64,000 nucleotides of DNA from Anaerolineales bacterium (GCA_020851785.1 JADZCC010000065.1:6495-70494); one strand, 5' to 3'. Counted from the stretch's first letter, positions 27,193-36,176 are shown. Numbers and translations: made by a program. The notes: generated by a model not told the origin, from the sequence alone.

Positions 27193-29091
27193 ATGAAAAA
27201 AAATCCGCACGTCTCTCTTTCTGAAGTGCACGAGACCGTCATCGTCCCGGCCAAAATCTCGTCCTGGAAGCGCTGGCTGGCCATCGCCGGGCCGGCCTTG
27301 ATGGTCTCCGTCGGCTATATGGACCCGGGCAACTGGGCAACGGACATCGCTGGCGGAAGTCGCTACAGCTACGCCCTGATCTGGGTCTTGCTCATGTCCA
27401 ATTTGATGGCCATCCTCCTGCAAAGCCTCGCGGCGCGACTGGGCATCGTCAGCCGCCGCGATCTGGCCCAAATCTGTCACGAAGATTATCCGCCGATTGT
27501 CAACATCCCGCTGTACATTCTCGCGGAAATCGCCATCACCGCCTGCGACCTCGCGGAAGTGATCGGCTCGGCCATCGCCTTGCAATTGCTCTTTGGCATT
27601 CCACTGTTCTACGGCGTAATTCTCACCGCGCTGGACACCTTTTTGTTGTTGCTCTTATCTCATGCCGGGATTCGCAAACTGGAAAGCGTGGTTATCTCGC
27701 TGGTTGGGACGATCGGCGTGGCCTTCTTTATTGAAATCATCTTGGGGCAACCAGACTGGGGCGGAATCGTGCGCGGCTTTGTCCCCACCCTACCAGACGC
27801 AAACGCCTTATACATCGCCATCGGCATTTTAGGCGCAACGGTCATGCCGCATAATTTATATTTACATTCTTCGCTCGTGCAAACCAGAAAAATTGGGCGC
27901 GATTCGGAAGAGGTCAAAAAGACCCTGCGTTGGAACACGATTGACACCACCTTCTCGCTGAACATCGCCTTCTTCATCAACGCCGCAATTCTGGTCATGG
28001 CCGCTTCCGTCTTTCATAAAAACGGTTATTTTGAAGTGGCTGAAATTCAAGACGCTTATCACCTGCTGGAGCCGCTGGTCGGCGCCTCCATCGCGCCGAT
28101 TGCGTTTGCCATCGCGCTCCTTGCCTCGGGGCAAAGTTCCACGATCACTGGCACGCTCGCCGGTCAAATTGTGATGGAGGGTTACCTCAACCTGCGGATT
28201 CGCCCCTGGCTCCGCCGCTTAATTACCCGATTATTGGCCGTCGTCCCCGCAGTTTTGGTCATCGCCCATTTTGGAGAAAACGCCACCGGCGCCATGCTGG
28301 TGCTTAGCCAGGTTGTGCTTTCGCTTCAACTCCCCTTTGCGATCATTCCATTAATCAACGCCGTGGCAGATAAACGCCGGATGGGCGAATTCACCATCGG
28401 GCGCAAGATTCAAGCGCTGGCCTGGCTCGTCGCCGGAGTCATCCTGGCGCTGAACATCAAGCTGATTATTGACCAGCTCAACGAGTGGATTGCCGAAGCT
28501 GGAACAAACGCTTGGATGATTCAGCTAACGGTTATTCCACTCATCATTGGGCTTGGACTCTTATTGTTATACGTCATTCTGCATCCCTGGCTTCGCAAGC
28601 AAAACGGATTTCATGTCGGCGGCATTCACCGCGCAACTTCGCAAGCCAACGTCCCGCTTCAGCGCCCGGAGCCCTATCAGCGCATCGCCGTGGCTTTGGA
28701 TTTCTCAGGAAAAGACGAGAAACTCCTCGCTGAAAGTTTACGCTTCATTGATAAAACCGAAACACAACTAACGCTTTTACACGTTGTGGAAAGTCCGGTG
28801 GCCCGCAGGCTTGGCGCCGAAGGCGAAGATTCTGAAACGCTGGCAGACCGCGAGCGCCTGGAGACTATCACGCAACAAATGCTCGAAAATGGCGTGCAGG
28901 CCAACTGGCAGGTTGGGAGCGGCGAACCCGGCAAAGAACTGGCCAAAATGATTAACGACTTAAAGATAGAATTGGTCGTCGTCGGCGGGCATGGTCATTC
29001 CGGCGTTTCCGACCTAATTCATGGAACGGTGATCAGCGATTTACGGCATCACATCAAAGCCAGCGTGATGATCGTGCCAATTGGGGATTAA
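27193..29091 (+). CDS. mntH: NRAMP-family divalent metal (Mn2+/Fe2+) transporter fused to a C-terminal universal stress protein (USP) domain
   Basis: 632 aa. GPALMVSVGYMDPGNWATDIAGGS and ATVMPHNLYLHS NRAMP motifs. The last ~145 aa (RIAVALDFSGKDEKLL...LVVVGGHGHSGVSDLIHGTVISDLRHHIKASVMIVP) are UspA-like. Confidence 0.85.
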   Translation: MKKNPHVSLSEVHETVIVPAKISSWKRWLAIAGPALMVSVGYMDPGNWATDIAGGSRYSYALIWVLLMSNLMAILLQSLAARLGIVSRRDLAQICHEDYPPIVNIPLYILAEIAITACDLAEVIGSAIALQLLFGIPLFYGVILTALDTFLLLLLSHAGIRKLESVVISLVGTIGVAFFIEIILGQPDWGGIVRGFVPTLPDANALYIAIGILGATVMPHNLYLHSSLVQTRKIGRDSEEVKKTLRWNTIDTTFSLNIAFFINAAILVMAASVFHKNGYFEVAEIQDAYHLLEPLVGASIAPIAFAIALLASGQSSTITGTLAGQIVMEGYLNLRIRPWLRRLITRLLAVVPAVLVIAHFGENATGAMLVLSQVVLSLQLPFAIIPLINAVADKRRMGEFTIGRKIQALAWLVAGVILALNIKLIIDQLNEWIAEAGTNAWMIQLTVIPLIIGLGLLLLYVILHPWLRKQNGFHVGGIHRATSQANVPLQRPEPYQRIAVALDFSGKDEKLLAESLRFIDKTETQLTLLHVVESPVARRLGAEGEDSETLADRERLETITQQMLENGVQANWQVGSGEPGKELAKMINDLKIELVVVGGHGHSGVSDLIHGTVISDLRHHIKASVMIVPIGD

Positions 29092-29101
29092 CGGATGATT
29101 C

Positions 29102-29143
29102 AAACGGAGAAACGGATGAACATGCCCATCCGCTTCTCCGTTT
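29102..29143 (+). terminator. stem-loop after mntH
   Basis: AAACGGAGAAACGGAT pairs with ATCCGCTTCTCCGTTT (16 bp, one mismatch). Confidence 0.55.
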
Positions 29144-29173
29144 CCTATCCGCTAAAAACAGAAGCAACTCTAG

Positions 29174-29219
29174 TAACCAACCCTTGCCTCTTGACAAGGG
29201 TTGGTTAATCCCGTAATAT
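29174..29219 (+). promoter_or_regulatory. promoter (TTGACA-17-TAATAT) overlapped by a 13-8-13 perfect palindrome; candidate ArsR/SmtB operator
   Basis: TAACCAACCCTTG (29174-29186) and CAAGGGTTGGTTA (29195-29207). -35 at 29191-29196, -10 at 29214-29219. Confidence 0.55.
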
Positions 29220-29245
29220 ATGAACACTTGCTCAACTATTCAACT

Positions 29246-29536
29246 ATGACGCTCACCGAACTCAAAGCCATCCAACTTGCCGAACTCTTCAGCGCCCTCA
29301 GCGATGCCAGCCGCGTGCGGATCATCTCCCTACTTCTCGATGGAGAATTGGGCGTTAATGCGCTTGCTGAAAAGCTGACCATGACTGAATCCGCCGTGTC
29401 GCATCAACTGCGCGGGCTGAGGCAGATGCGCTTCGTCCGCGCGCGCAAAGCAGGCAGACAAGTCTTCTATCGCCTCGACGACGATCACATAGAAAAACTT
29501 TACCGTATGGGGCTTGAGCATGTGGAACACAAATAA
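29246..29536 (+). CDS. ArsR/SmtB family metal-sensing repressor with an alpha5-type site
   Basis: HTH is RVRIISLLLDGELGVNALAEKLTMTESAVSHQLRGL. C-terminal DDHIEKLYRMGLEHVEH fits DxHx10Hx2H. Start at ATG 29246 (the track start 29201 is a TTG lying in the promoter). Confidence 0.8.
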   Translation: MTLTELKAIQLAELFSALSDASRVRIISLLLDGELGVNALAEKLTMTESAVSHQLRGLRQMRFVRARKAGRQVFYRLDDDHIEKLYRMGLEHVEHK

Positions 29537-29553
29537 CCTACAAGGAATCATTC

Positions 29554-31902
29554 ATGGAACAAACCATTGACATTGACATCCCGTTATTGCTCCCTGGCGT
29601 CGAGAACGAAAAAGACGAATGTCTCGCGCGGCTTGAAACGGCGCTTCAAAATAAAAAAGGGATCTTCCGCGCCCACGTGGAACGCGACAAAACGCCGATT
29701 GACCTGTGCCTGCACTACGACCCCAACCTGCTGACTCTATCCGACGTGAAGCGGTTCGCCGAACTGGCGGGCGCGCAGATCGTCAACCGCTATCATCACG
29801 AAGCGATTCCCATCGAAAACATGGATTGCTCCGATTGCAGTCTGGTCATCGAACATAGCGTTGGACGCATGGATGGCGTGTTGTCGGTCAACGTCAACTA
29901 TCCCACCGAAACGATGTGGATCGAATACGACAATCACAAAATCAATCGCGCCGCCGTTGAAAAGCGAGTCCGCTCGCTAGGGTATCAAATTCCGCTCAAT
30001 GAATTTCAGGCGCGCTTGCAAGAGAATCGAGAATTGCTATTCAGCCTGCTTTCGGGCTTGTTCCTGCTCGTCGGCTGGCTCGGCGATTCGTTCTTTGGAT
30101 TTCCCACCTATCTCAGCATCGGACTCTTCGCCACCGCATACCTCCTCGGCGGATGGGATATTTCGCGCCATGCGTGGCACGCGCTCCGCGAACGCCGCTT
30201 GGACACAGACGGACTCATGGTCGTTGCCGCCATCGGCGCGGCACTCCTCGGTGAATTTGCCGAAGGCGCTCTGCTCCTCTTTTTATTCAGCCTCGGTCAC
30301 GCCTTGGAAGAACGCGCGTTAGACCGCGCGCGCCGCGCCGTCCGCGCATTGGCGGACCTTGCGCCAAAAACCGCATTGGTGAAACGCGACGGCAAAGAGC
30401 AGGAACTCCCCGTTGAGTCGTTGCAACTCAACGATGTCGTCATCGTCCGCCCTGGCGTGCGGATTCCCGTTGACGGAATCATCCTCGACGGAGATTCTGG
30501 CATTGACCAATCTTCCGTCACGGGCGAATCGCTTCCCGTTGATAAAACAACGGGCGATCAGGTCTTCGCCAGCACGGTCAACGGCGAAGGCGCGTTGGAA
30601 GTGAAAGTGACTCGTCTCGCAAAAGACTCCACGCTGGCGCGGGTGATGAAAATGGTCGAAGAGGCACAAGCGCAAAAATCGCCGACTCAGCAAACGGTCG
30701 AGAAATTTGAACGGGTCTTCGTCCCAGCCGTTCTCGTTCTCACCGCGCTCGTCATTGTTGTTCCTCCCCTCTTTGGTTTTCCATTCCGTGAATCATTTTT
30801 ACGCGCAATGACTCTTCTGGTCGCCGCGTCGCCATGCGCCCTCGCGCTCGGCGCACCATCTGCAATTCTCGCGGGCGTGGCGCAAGCCGCGCGAAATGGC
30901 GTGTTGGTCAAAGGCGGCGCGCATCTTGAAAACCTCGGTTTGCTCAAAGCCATCGCTTTCGACAAAACTGGAACCGTGACTCACGGTCAGCCCGAGGTGA
31001 CGGATGTGGTGGCGATTCAGCCGTCGGCGTGGAAAGAAGCGGATGTACTTTCCATCGCGGCAGGATTGGAATCGCGCTCCGCGCATCCGTTGGCGCAGGC
31101 GGTCGTCCGCGCGGCTCAGACGCAGGGTCTGCCTGTCTCCGCCGTGGACGATGTCGAGTCGCTGACGGGACGCGGCTTGCGCGCCGCGTCGAACGGCAAA
31201 ACGATTTGGATCGGCAATCAAAAGTTGATGAACGAAGCAGGCGTAACGCTTTCGCCTGAAGCGATTGCGCGCGCCGAGGCTTTGCAAGGACAAGGCAAAA
31301 CGTTGATGTGGATCGCGGTGGACAAAACGCTGGCGGGTTTGATCGCGCTGGCAGACACGTTGCGCCGTGAAGCCGCGCCGACGATGCAGGCGCTCAAAAA
31401 TTCTGGCGTGGCGCACACCATCATGCTCACAGGCGATAACGCGCGTTCCGCATCCGCGATTGCAAACGAGATCGGCTTGACCGAATTTCGCGCCGACCTG
31501 ATGCCCGAAAATAAATTGACGATCATCCGCGAGTTGGTGAAAGAATATGGGCAGGTCGCCATGATCGGCGATGGAGTCAACGATGCGCCCGCTTTGGCAA
31601 ACGCAACTGTTGGAATCGCAATGGGCGGCGCAGGAACGGATGTCGCATTGGAGACTGCCGATGTTGCATTGATGGGCGATGACCTGAGTAAACTGCCCTT
31701 CGCCGTCGGCTTGGGTCGCGCCACACGCGCGATCATCATTCAAAATCTGGTTATCGCGCTCGGCGTGATCGCTTTGTTGATTATCACCTCTGTGACAGGA
31801 ATCATCAGCATCGGAATCGCCGTCGTCTTTCACGAGGGAAGCACACTGGTGGTTGTGGCGAATACGTTGAGGTTGTTGAGGTATAAAAATCCCTCACCCT
31901 AA
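29554..31902 (+). CDS. heavy-metal P1B-type ATPase (SPC / HEGST signature, Co/Zn-type) with N-terminal HMA-like domain
   Basis: 782 aa. TGES, SPC in the TM preceding DKTGT, GDGVNDAPAL, HEGST in the last TM. N-terminal MDCSDCS ferredoxin-like domain. Confidence 0.85.
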   Translation: MEQTIDIDIPLLLPGVENEKDECLARLETALQNKKGIFRAHVERDKTPIDLCLHYDPNLLTLSDVKRFAELAGAQIVNRYHHEAIPIENMDCSDCSLVIEHSVGRMDGVLSVNVNYPTETMWIEYDNHKINRAAVEKRVRSLGYQIPLNEFQARLQENRELLFSLLSGLFLLVGWLGDSFFGFPTYLSIGLFATAYLLGGWDISRHAWHALRERRLDTDGLMVVAAIGAALLGEFAEGALLLFLFSLGHALEERALDRARRAVRALADLAPKTALVKRDGKEQELPVESLQLNDVVIVRPGVRIPVDGIILDGDSGIDQSSVTGESLPVDKTTGDQVFASTVNGEGALEVKVTRLAKDSTLARVMKMVEEAQAQKSPTQQTVEKFERVFVPAVLVLTALVIVVPPLFGFPFRESFLRAMTLLVAASPCALALGAPSAILAGVAQAARNGVLVKGGAHLENLGLLKAIAFDKTGTVTHGQPEVTDVVAIQPSAWKEADVLSIAAGLESRSAHPLAQAVVRAAQTQGLPVSAVDDVESLTGRGLRAASNGKTIWIGNQKLMNEAGVTLSPEAIARAEALQGQGKTLMWIAVDKTLAGLIALADTLRREAAPTMQALKNSGVAHTIMLTGDNARSASAIANEIGLTEFRADLMPENKLTIIRELVKEYGQVAMIGDGVNDAPALANATVGIAMGGAGTDVALETADVALMGDDLSKLPFAVGLGRATRAIIIQNLVIALGVIALLIITSVTGIISIGIAVVFHEGSTLVVVANTLRLLRYKNPSP

Positions 31903-31968
31903 CCCTCTCCCAAAGGGAGAGGGAAGTCAACACCCTTCTCCAACGGGAGAAGGGTTGGGGATGAGGGG
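31891..31968. repeat. REP-like double-hairpin element (CCCTCACCCTAACCCTCTCCC family)
   Basis: Hairpins CCCTCTCCCaaaGGGAGAGGG and CCCTTCTCCaacGGGAGAAGGG, flanked by CCCTCACCCTAACCC / GGGTTGGGGATGAGGG. An inverted copy lies at 43973-44045. Confidence 0.9.
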
Positions 31969-32065
31969 TCTTTTACGAATTTCCCAAAACTATACAAGAT
32001 GAGATGATAGAATTTCACAAGGGCGTGACAATCCCGCCCTGCATTTTTATCTTATTGGAGGATAA

Positions 32066-32731
32066 ATGTCTGTCGCAAAATTCCAGCCCTTGAGTTTCAC
32101 CGAATATCCGCCCGAAGAAATGTCTCGCCGCGCAACGGACTTCCGCGCCCACATGCAACGCCGCCGAACGGTTCGCCATTTTTCAGACAAGCCTGTTCCG
32201 CGCGAAGTGATCGAGGAATGTCTCGTCACCGCAGGGACTGCGCCCAGCGGGGCGAACTTTCAACCCTGGCATTTTGTCGTGGTCAGCGACCCGAAGGTCA
32301 AACATGAAATCCGCGTGGCGGCAGAGGAAGAAGAAAAAGAGTTTTATCAGCGCAAAGCGCCGAAGGAGTGGCTCGAAGCCCTCGCCCCGCTCGGCACGGA
32401 CGAACACAAGCCATTTCTTGAAGACGCTCCGTATTTGATCGCCATCTTTGGAAAGAATCACAGCGCTCTGCCCGACGGACGCAAGGTGAAAAATTATTAC
32501 GTCCACGAATCGGTTGGGATTGCGACGGGCTTTTTGATCGCGGCGATCTATAACGCAGGCTTGGTCTCGCTGACGCACACCCCCAGCCCAATGGGATTCC
32601 TCAACACGATTCTGAATCGCCCGTCAGACGAAAAACCGTTTCTTTTGTTGGTAACAGGCTTCCCGGCGAAAGATGCAGACGTCCCCACGATTACCAAAAA
32701 GCCGCTAAACGAGATTGCGACGTTCATCTAA
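32066..32731 (+). CDS. nitroreductase-family flavoprotein, iodotyrosine-deiodinase-like subgroup
   Basis: 221 aa. [51 protein letters not shown]. Confidence 0.65.
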   Translation: MSVAKFQPLSFTEYPPEEMSRRATDFRAHMQRRRTVRHFSDKPVPREVIEECLVTAGTAPSGANFQPWHFVVVSDPKVKHEIRVAAEEEEKEFYQRKAPKEWLEALAPLGTDEHKPFLEDAPYLIAIFGKNHSALPDGRKVKNYYVHESVGIATGFLIAAIYNAGLVSLTHTPSPMGFLNTILNRPSDEKPFLLLVTGFPAKDADVPTITKKPLNEIATFI

Positions 32732-32768
32732 AAAAATTTGCGAAGGAGTTATCCTTCGCAAATTTTTC
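32731..32768. terminator. bidirectional terminator between convergent genes
   Basis: AAAA-AATTTGCGAAGGA-gtta-TCCTTCGCAAATT-TTT. Confidence 0.8.
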
Positions 32769-32770
32769 GT

Positions 32771-34798
32771 TTACTCTTCGCCGGTAAGCAGTTTAATCCG
32801 CTCCCAGGGTTTCAGGCTTTCATCTTCCGCCAGCAAACTTTTCAAGTCGTATAACTCGTCGCGCAGAGCGGCCGCTTTTTCAAATTCCAAATTCTTGGCG
32901 GCGTCCTTCATTTGCTTTTCCATTTCATGGACAATCTGCCGCAGTTCGTTGCGCGGAATATCCGTCTTGACGCGATACTCGCCCTTGGCTTCGCCGACTT
33001 TCGAAGTCAACTCTTCGGTCAGGTCGTGAATGGCTTTGGTGATGCTGATTGGCACGATGCCATGCTCTTCGTTATATTTCACCTGCTTGGCGCGGCGACG
33101 ATTCGTTTCGTCAATTGCGCGCTTCATCGAATCGGTTGTCCGATCTGCATACATGATCACCGTGCCGTTGGCGTTGCGCGCCGCGCGCCCAATCGTCTGC
33201 AATAGCGCGGTATCCGAACGCAGAAACCCTTCCTTGTCCGCATCCAAAATCGCCACCAATGAAACTTCGGGCAAGTCCAGCCCTTCGCGCAGTAAATTGA
33301 TGCCGACCAACACGTCAAACGTCCCCAAGCGCAGGTCGCGCAAAATGCTAATGCGCTCCAGCGTCTCCACCTCCGAATGCAAATACTGAACCTTGATGCC
33401 CAACTCATGCAGGTATTTCGTCAAATCTTCCGACATGCGTTTAGTGAGCGTAGTGACCAAAACGCGCTCGCGCTTTTCAACGCGCTGATTGATTTCGCCC
33501 ACCAAGTCGTCAATCTGCCCTTTGGTCGGGCGCACTGAAACCTGCGGATCTACCAAACCGGTTGGGCGGATGATTTGCTCCACGGTTTGCTCGGCGTGTT
33601 CCAATTCATACGGGCCGGGCGTGGCGGAAGTGTAAATGGTATGGCCCATCACTTCTTCAAACTCGTCAAATTTGAGCGGGCGATTATCCATCGCGCTCGG
33701 CAAACGAAAGCCATACTCAACCAGCGTTTCCTTGCGGGCGCGGTCGCCGTTATACATGCCGCGAATTTGCGGAATGGTCATGTGACTTTCGTCAATCACC
33801 AGCAAATAGTCGCTGGGCAGGAAGTCAATCATCGTCCACGGATGCGTGCCAGCCGCACGCCGATCAAAATGACGGGAATAATTTTCAATGCCCGAGCAAT
33901 AACCCACTTCCTTGAGCATTTCCAAATCGTAGCGCGTCCTTTGTTCCAGCCGCTGGGCTTCTAAAATCTTTCCAGCCTGTCGAAACTGGGCGGTACGCTC
34001 CTCCAGTTCCTGTTCAATGTCTGCAATCGCATCTTTCGTTTTATCTGCATCGGTTAAATATTGTTTGGCGGGGAAAATCGCAATCTCTTGCGGCTCTTCA
34101 AAAATCTCGCCAGTCAACGGGCTGAATTGCGTAATCCGCTCCACCTCATCGCCAAAGAAGGCAACGCGATAGCCGCGCTTATCTTCATAGGCGGGGATGA
34201 TCTCCAACGTGTCGCCGCGCACGCGAAAGGTCCCGGAGCGCAATTCCAGATCATTGCGTTGATATTGCGACTCAATCAGCCGCCTCAGCAGGGCATTGCG
34301 CCGATACAACTCCCCCACCTTTAAATTTACGGAGCCTTTGTTAAATTCTTCGGGGTTGCCCAACCCGTAAATACAGGAAACCGAAGCGACGATGATCACG
34401 TCGCGCCGCGAAACCAGCGCAGTCGTGGCCGCAAGCCGCAGACGCTCAATCTCCTCATTGATTTCCGTCTCCTTTTCAATGAACAGGTCGCGCCGCGGCA
34501 CATAGGCTTCCGGCTGATAATAATCATAATAAGAGACGAAATAGGAAACTGCGTTCTGTGGAAAGAATTCCTTGAACTCGGCATATAACTGCGCGGCCAG
34601 CGTTTTGTTGTGCGCCATAATCAGCGCCGGTTTTTGCAATTCCTGAATCACCGACGCGATGGCAAAGGTCTTCCCTGTGCCGGTGGCGCCGAGCAAAACC
34701 TGATGTTTCTTTCCGGCCTGCACGCCGCCCACCAATCCGCGGATGGCTTCGGGCTGATCGCCCATTGGTTGAAAAGGAGCTTGAAGTTTGAATTCCAT
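32771..34798 (-). CDS. uvrB: excinuclease ABC subunit B
   Basis: 675 aa. Walker [13 protein letters not shown] box, C-terminal UVR motif ([13 protein letters not shown]). Confidence 0.97.
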   Translation of the reverse strand: MEFKLQAPFQPMGDQPEAIRGLVGGVQAGKKHQVLLGATGTGKTFAIASVIQELQKPALIMAHNKTLAAQLYAEFKEFFPQNAVSYFVSYYDYYQPEAYVPRRDLFIEKETEINEEIERLRLAATTALVSRRDVIIVASVSCIYGLGNPEEFNKGSVNLKVGELYRRNALLRRLIESQYQRNDLELRSGTFRVRGDTLEIIPAYEDKRGYRVAFFGDEVERITQFSPLTGEIFEEPQEIAIFPAKQYLTDADKTKDAIADIEQELEERTAQFRQAGKILEAQRLEQRTRYDLEMLKEVGYCSGIENYSRHFDRRAAGTHPWTMIDFLPSDYLLVIDESHMTIPQIRGMYNGDRARKETLVEYGFRLPSAMDNRPLKFDEFEEVMGHTIYTSATPGPYELEHAEQTVEQIIRPTGLVDPQVSVRPTKGQIDDLVGEINQRVEKRERVLVTTLTKRMSEDLTKYLHELGIKVQYLHSEVETLERISILRDLRLGTFDVLVGINLLREGLDLPEVSLVAILDADKEGFLRSDTALLQTIGRAARNANGTVIMYADRTTDSMKRAIDETNRRRAKQVKYNEEHGIVPISITKAIHDLTEELTSKVGEAKGEYRVKTDIPRNELRQIVHEMEKQMKDAAKNLEFEKAAALRDELYDLKSLLAEDESLKPWERIKLLTGEE

Positions 34799-34823
34799 GG
34801 TTACCTATATTTGAGCAATTGAG

Positions 34824-34837
34824 CGAACGAGTGTTCT
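34824..34837. promoter_or_regulatory. LexA (Cheo-type SOS) box
   Basis: CGAACGAGTGTTCT matches CGAACRNRYGTTYC except at the last base. It abuts a TAAAAT -10 candidate (34838-34843, minus strand), 26-39 nt upstream of the uvrB ATG. Confidence 0.65.
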
Positions 34838-34891
34838 ATTTTACCGCGAAAAATGCAAATTCCACGTCCGCCATGCTATACTTGAATCAAG

Positions 34892-35296
34892 ATGAAATCT
34901 CAAAAACTCACCCATGCAGGCTGTGTCGTCTTTCAGGAAAAGGGCAAACGGAAGACTTATCTGATTGTTGAGTCATCCTCCGGCGAGCATTGGATCCTGC
35001 CGAAGGGACATATCGAAAAAGGCGAGACCCCGCGAAAAGCCGCATTGAGAGAATTACGAGAGGAAGCGGGAGTCGTTGGGAAGGTTATCCAAAAAGGCCC
35101 GACACAATCATATCCAATGAAAAATGAAGAAATTACCGTCCAATACTATATTGTGCAATACATAAAGACGACCACAGCGGACGAGGATCGCGCGCTTCAA
35201 TGGGTATCGCAAAAAAAGGCCTTGGAGATTCTATCGTTTGAAGAAGGCAAGCAGGCTCTGCGAGACGCGGCGCAAACGATCAGGCGGACCGGATGA
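34892..35296 (+). CDS. NUDIX hydrolase (Ap4A/diphosphoinositol-polyphosphate hydrolase-like)
   Basis: 134 aa. Nudix box GHIEKGETPRKAALRELREEAGV. Confidence 0.85.
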   Translation: MKSQKLTHAGCVVFQEKGKRKTYLIVESSSGEHWILPKGHIEKGETPRKAALRELREEAGVVGKVIQKGPTQSYPMKNEEITVQYYIVQYIKTTTADEDRALQWVSQKKALEILSFEEGKQALRDAAQTIRRTG

Positions 35297-36150
35297 ATAC
35301 TGCCCAAGTTAGCATTGAACTCATTTTGGCGGGCATTCTCGCCCTGAGCGCCTTCGTCCTGCCGTTTTGGAAGGGTCAAGGGATTGATCCGGCGTTTTTA
35401 CAAAACGAAGCGCTGATCGGATTTCTAGGCCTGGCCTATTTGCTGGGAGTCGTCTTCGACAAGTTGGCAGATACGATGCTCACCCCCGCGGAACACCTGC
35501 TACGCATCAAACAGGGCGCGAAATATCTTGACGAACACCCCAACTTCAAAGGGAGCGATCCCTTTCCGCAAAATGACCTTGAATTTAGTTTGAAAAAAGC
35601 AAAAGATGGGCGCCTGGATTGGATGAACTCACTCAAGAGTCGCATCCGTACCAGCCGCGAGTTGGCGATTTTAGGTCTGCCCGCCGTCATGGGGCTGACG
35701 ACCTACATGGGAGTCACAAAGAACTGCGTAGCAAATCAACCCGCCTGCGCCACAGGGTGGGTCTATCTCCCCGTCGTCTTGAATATGATTTTCTTTATCG
35801 CCGCAATCTATCTCGATTCAAAAACCTCCGACGAAGACTCAACGGACAAAAGCGTCTCGCCAAAACTGAAGACGCATCAACTTTCGCATGACCGCAAAAC
35901 GCGGGAGCGGCAACTTCAGCAAACCAAACGACAAGTTCATAGCGCTTCCATTCCATATTACTTACTGCTCGCCAATTCCATCCTCACCACAGGAACCATC
36001 GCGGCGTTCAATTTCGACAACTCAACCATCGTTTTGGTCGCCGTTGGGGGCGCCATGATTTCCCTGCTGGCGCTCTGGTCGTGCCTGCGAATCACGCGCA
36101 CGTATTTGAAGTTCGTCGCCAGAGAGATGGCTTCCTTGCCAAAAAAATAA
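35293..36150 (+). CDS. hypothetical polytopic membrane protein
   Basis: 285 aa, about 6 TM, with a soluble insert and a highly charged loop. Its ATG overlaps the NUDIX stop (ATGA). Confidence 0.6.
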   Translation: MNTAQVSIELILAGILALSAFVLPFWKGQGIDPAFLQNEALIGFLGLAYLLGVVFDKLADTMLTPAEHLLRIKQGAKYLDEHPNFKGSDPFPQNDLEFSLKKAKDGRLDWMNSLKSRIRTSRELAILGLPAVMGLTTYMGVTKNCVANQPACATGWVYLPVVLNMIFFIAAIYLDSKTSDEDSTDKSVSPKLKTHQLSHDRKTRERQLQQTKRQVHSASIPYYLLLANSILTTGTIAAFNFDNSTIVLVAVGGAMISLLALWSCLRITRTYLKFVAREMASLPKK

Positions 36151-36176
36151 CCCGAGACCGAATGGGGAAAACAGAT

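Noticed and set aside
30799-31833. 344-aa minus-strand ORF, plus several 60-170-aa ORFs, overlapping the P1B ATPase gene.
   Set aside because: They are antisense shadow frames of a GC-rich gene with unmistakable P-type ATPase motifs on the plus strand. The translation is Arg/Asp/His/Gly-rich low-complexity sequence with no motifs.
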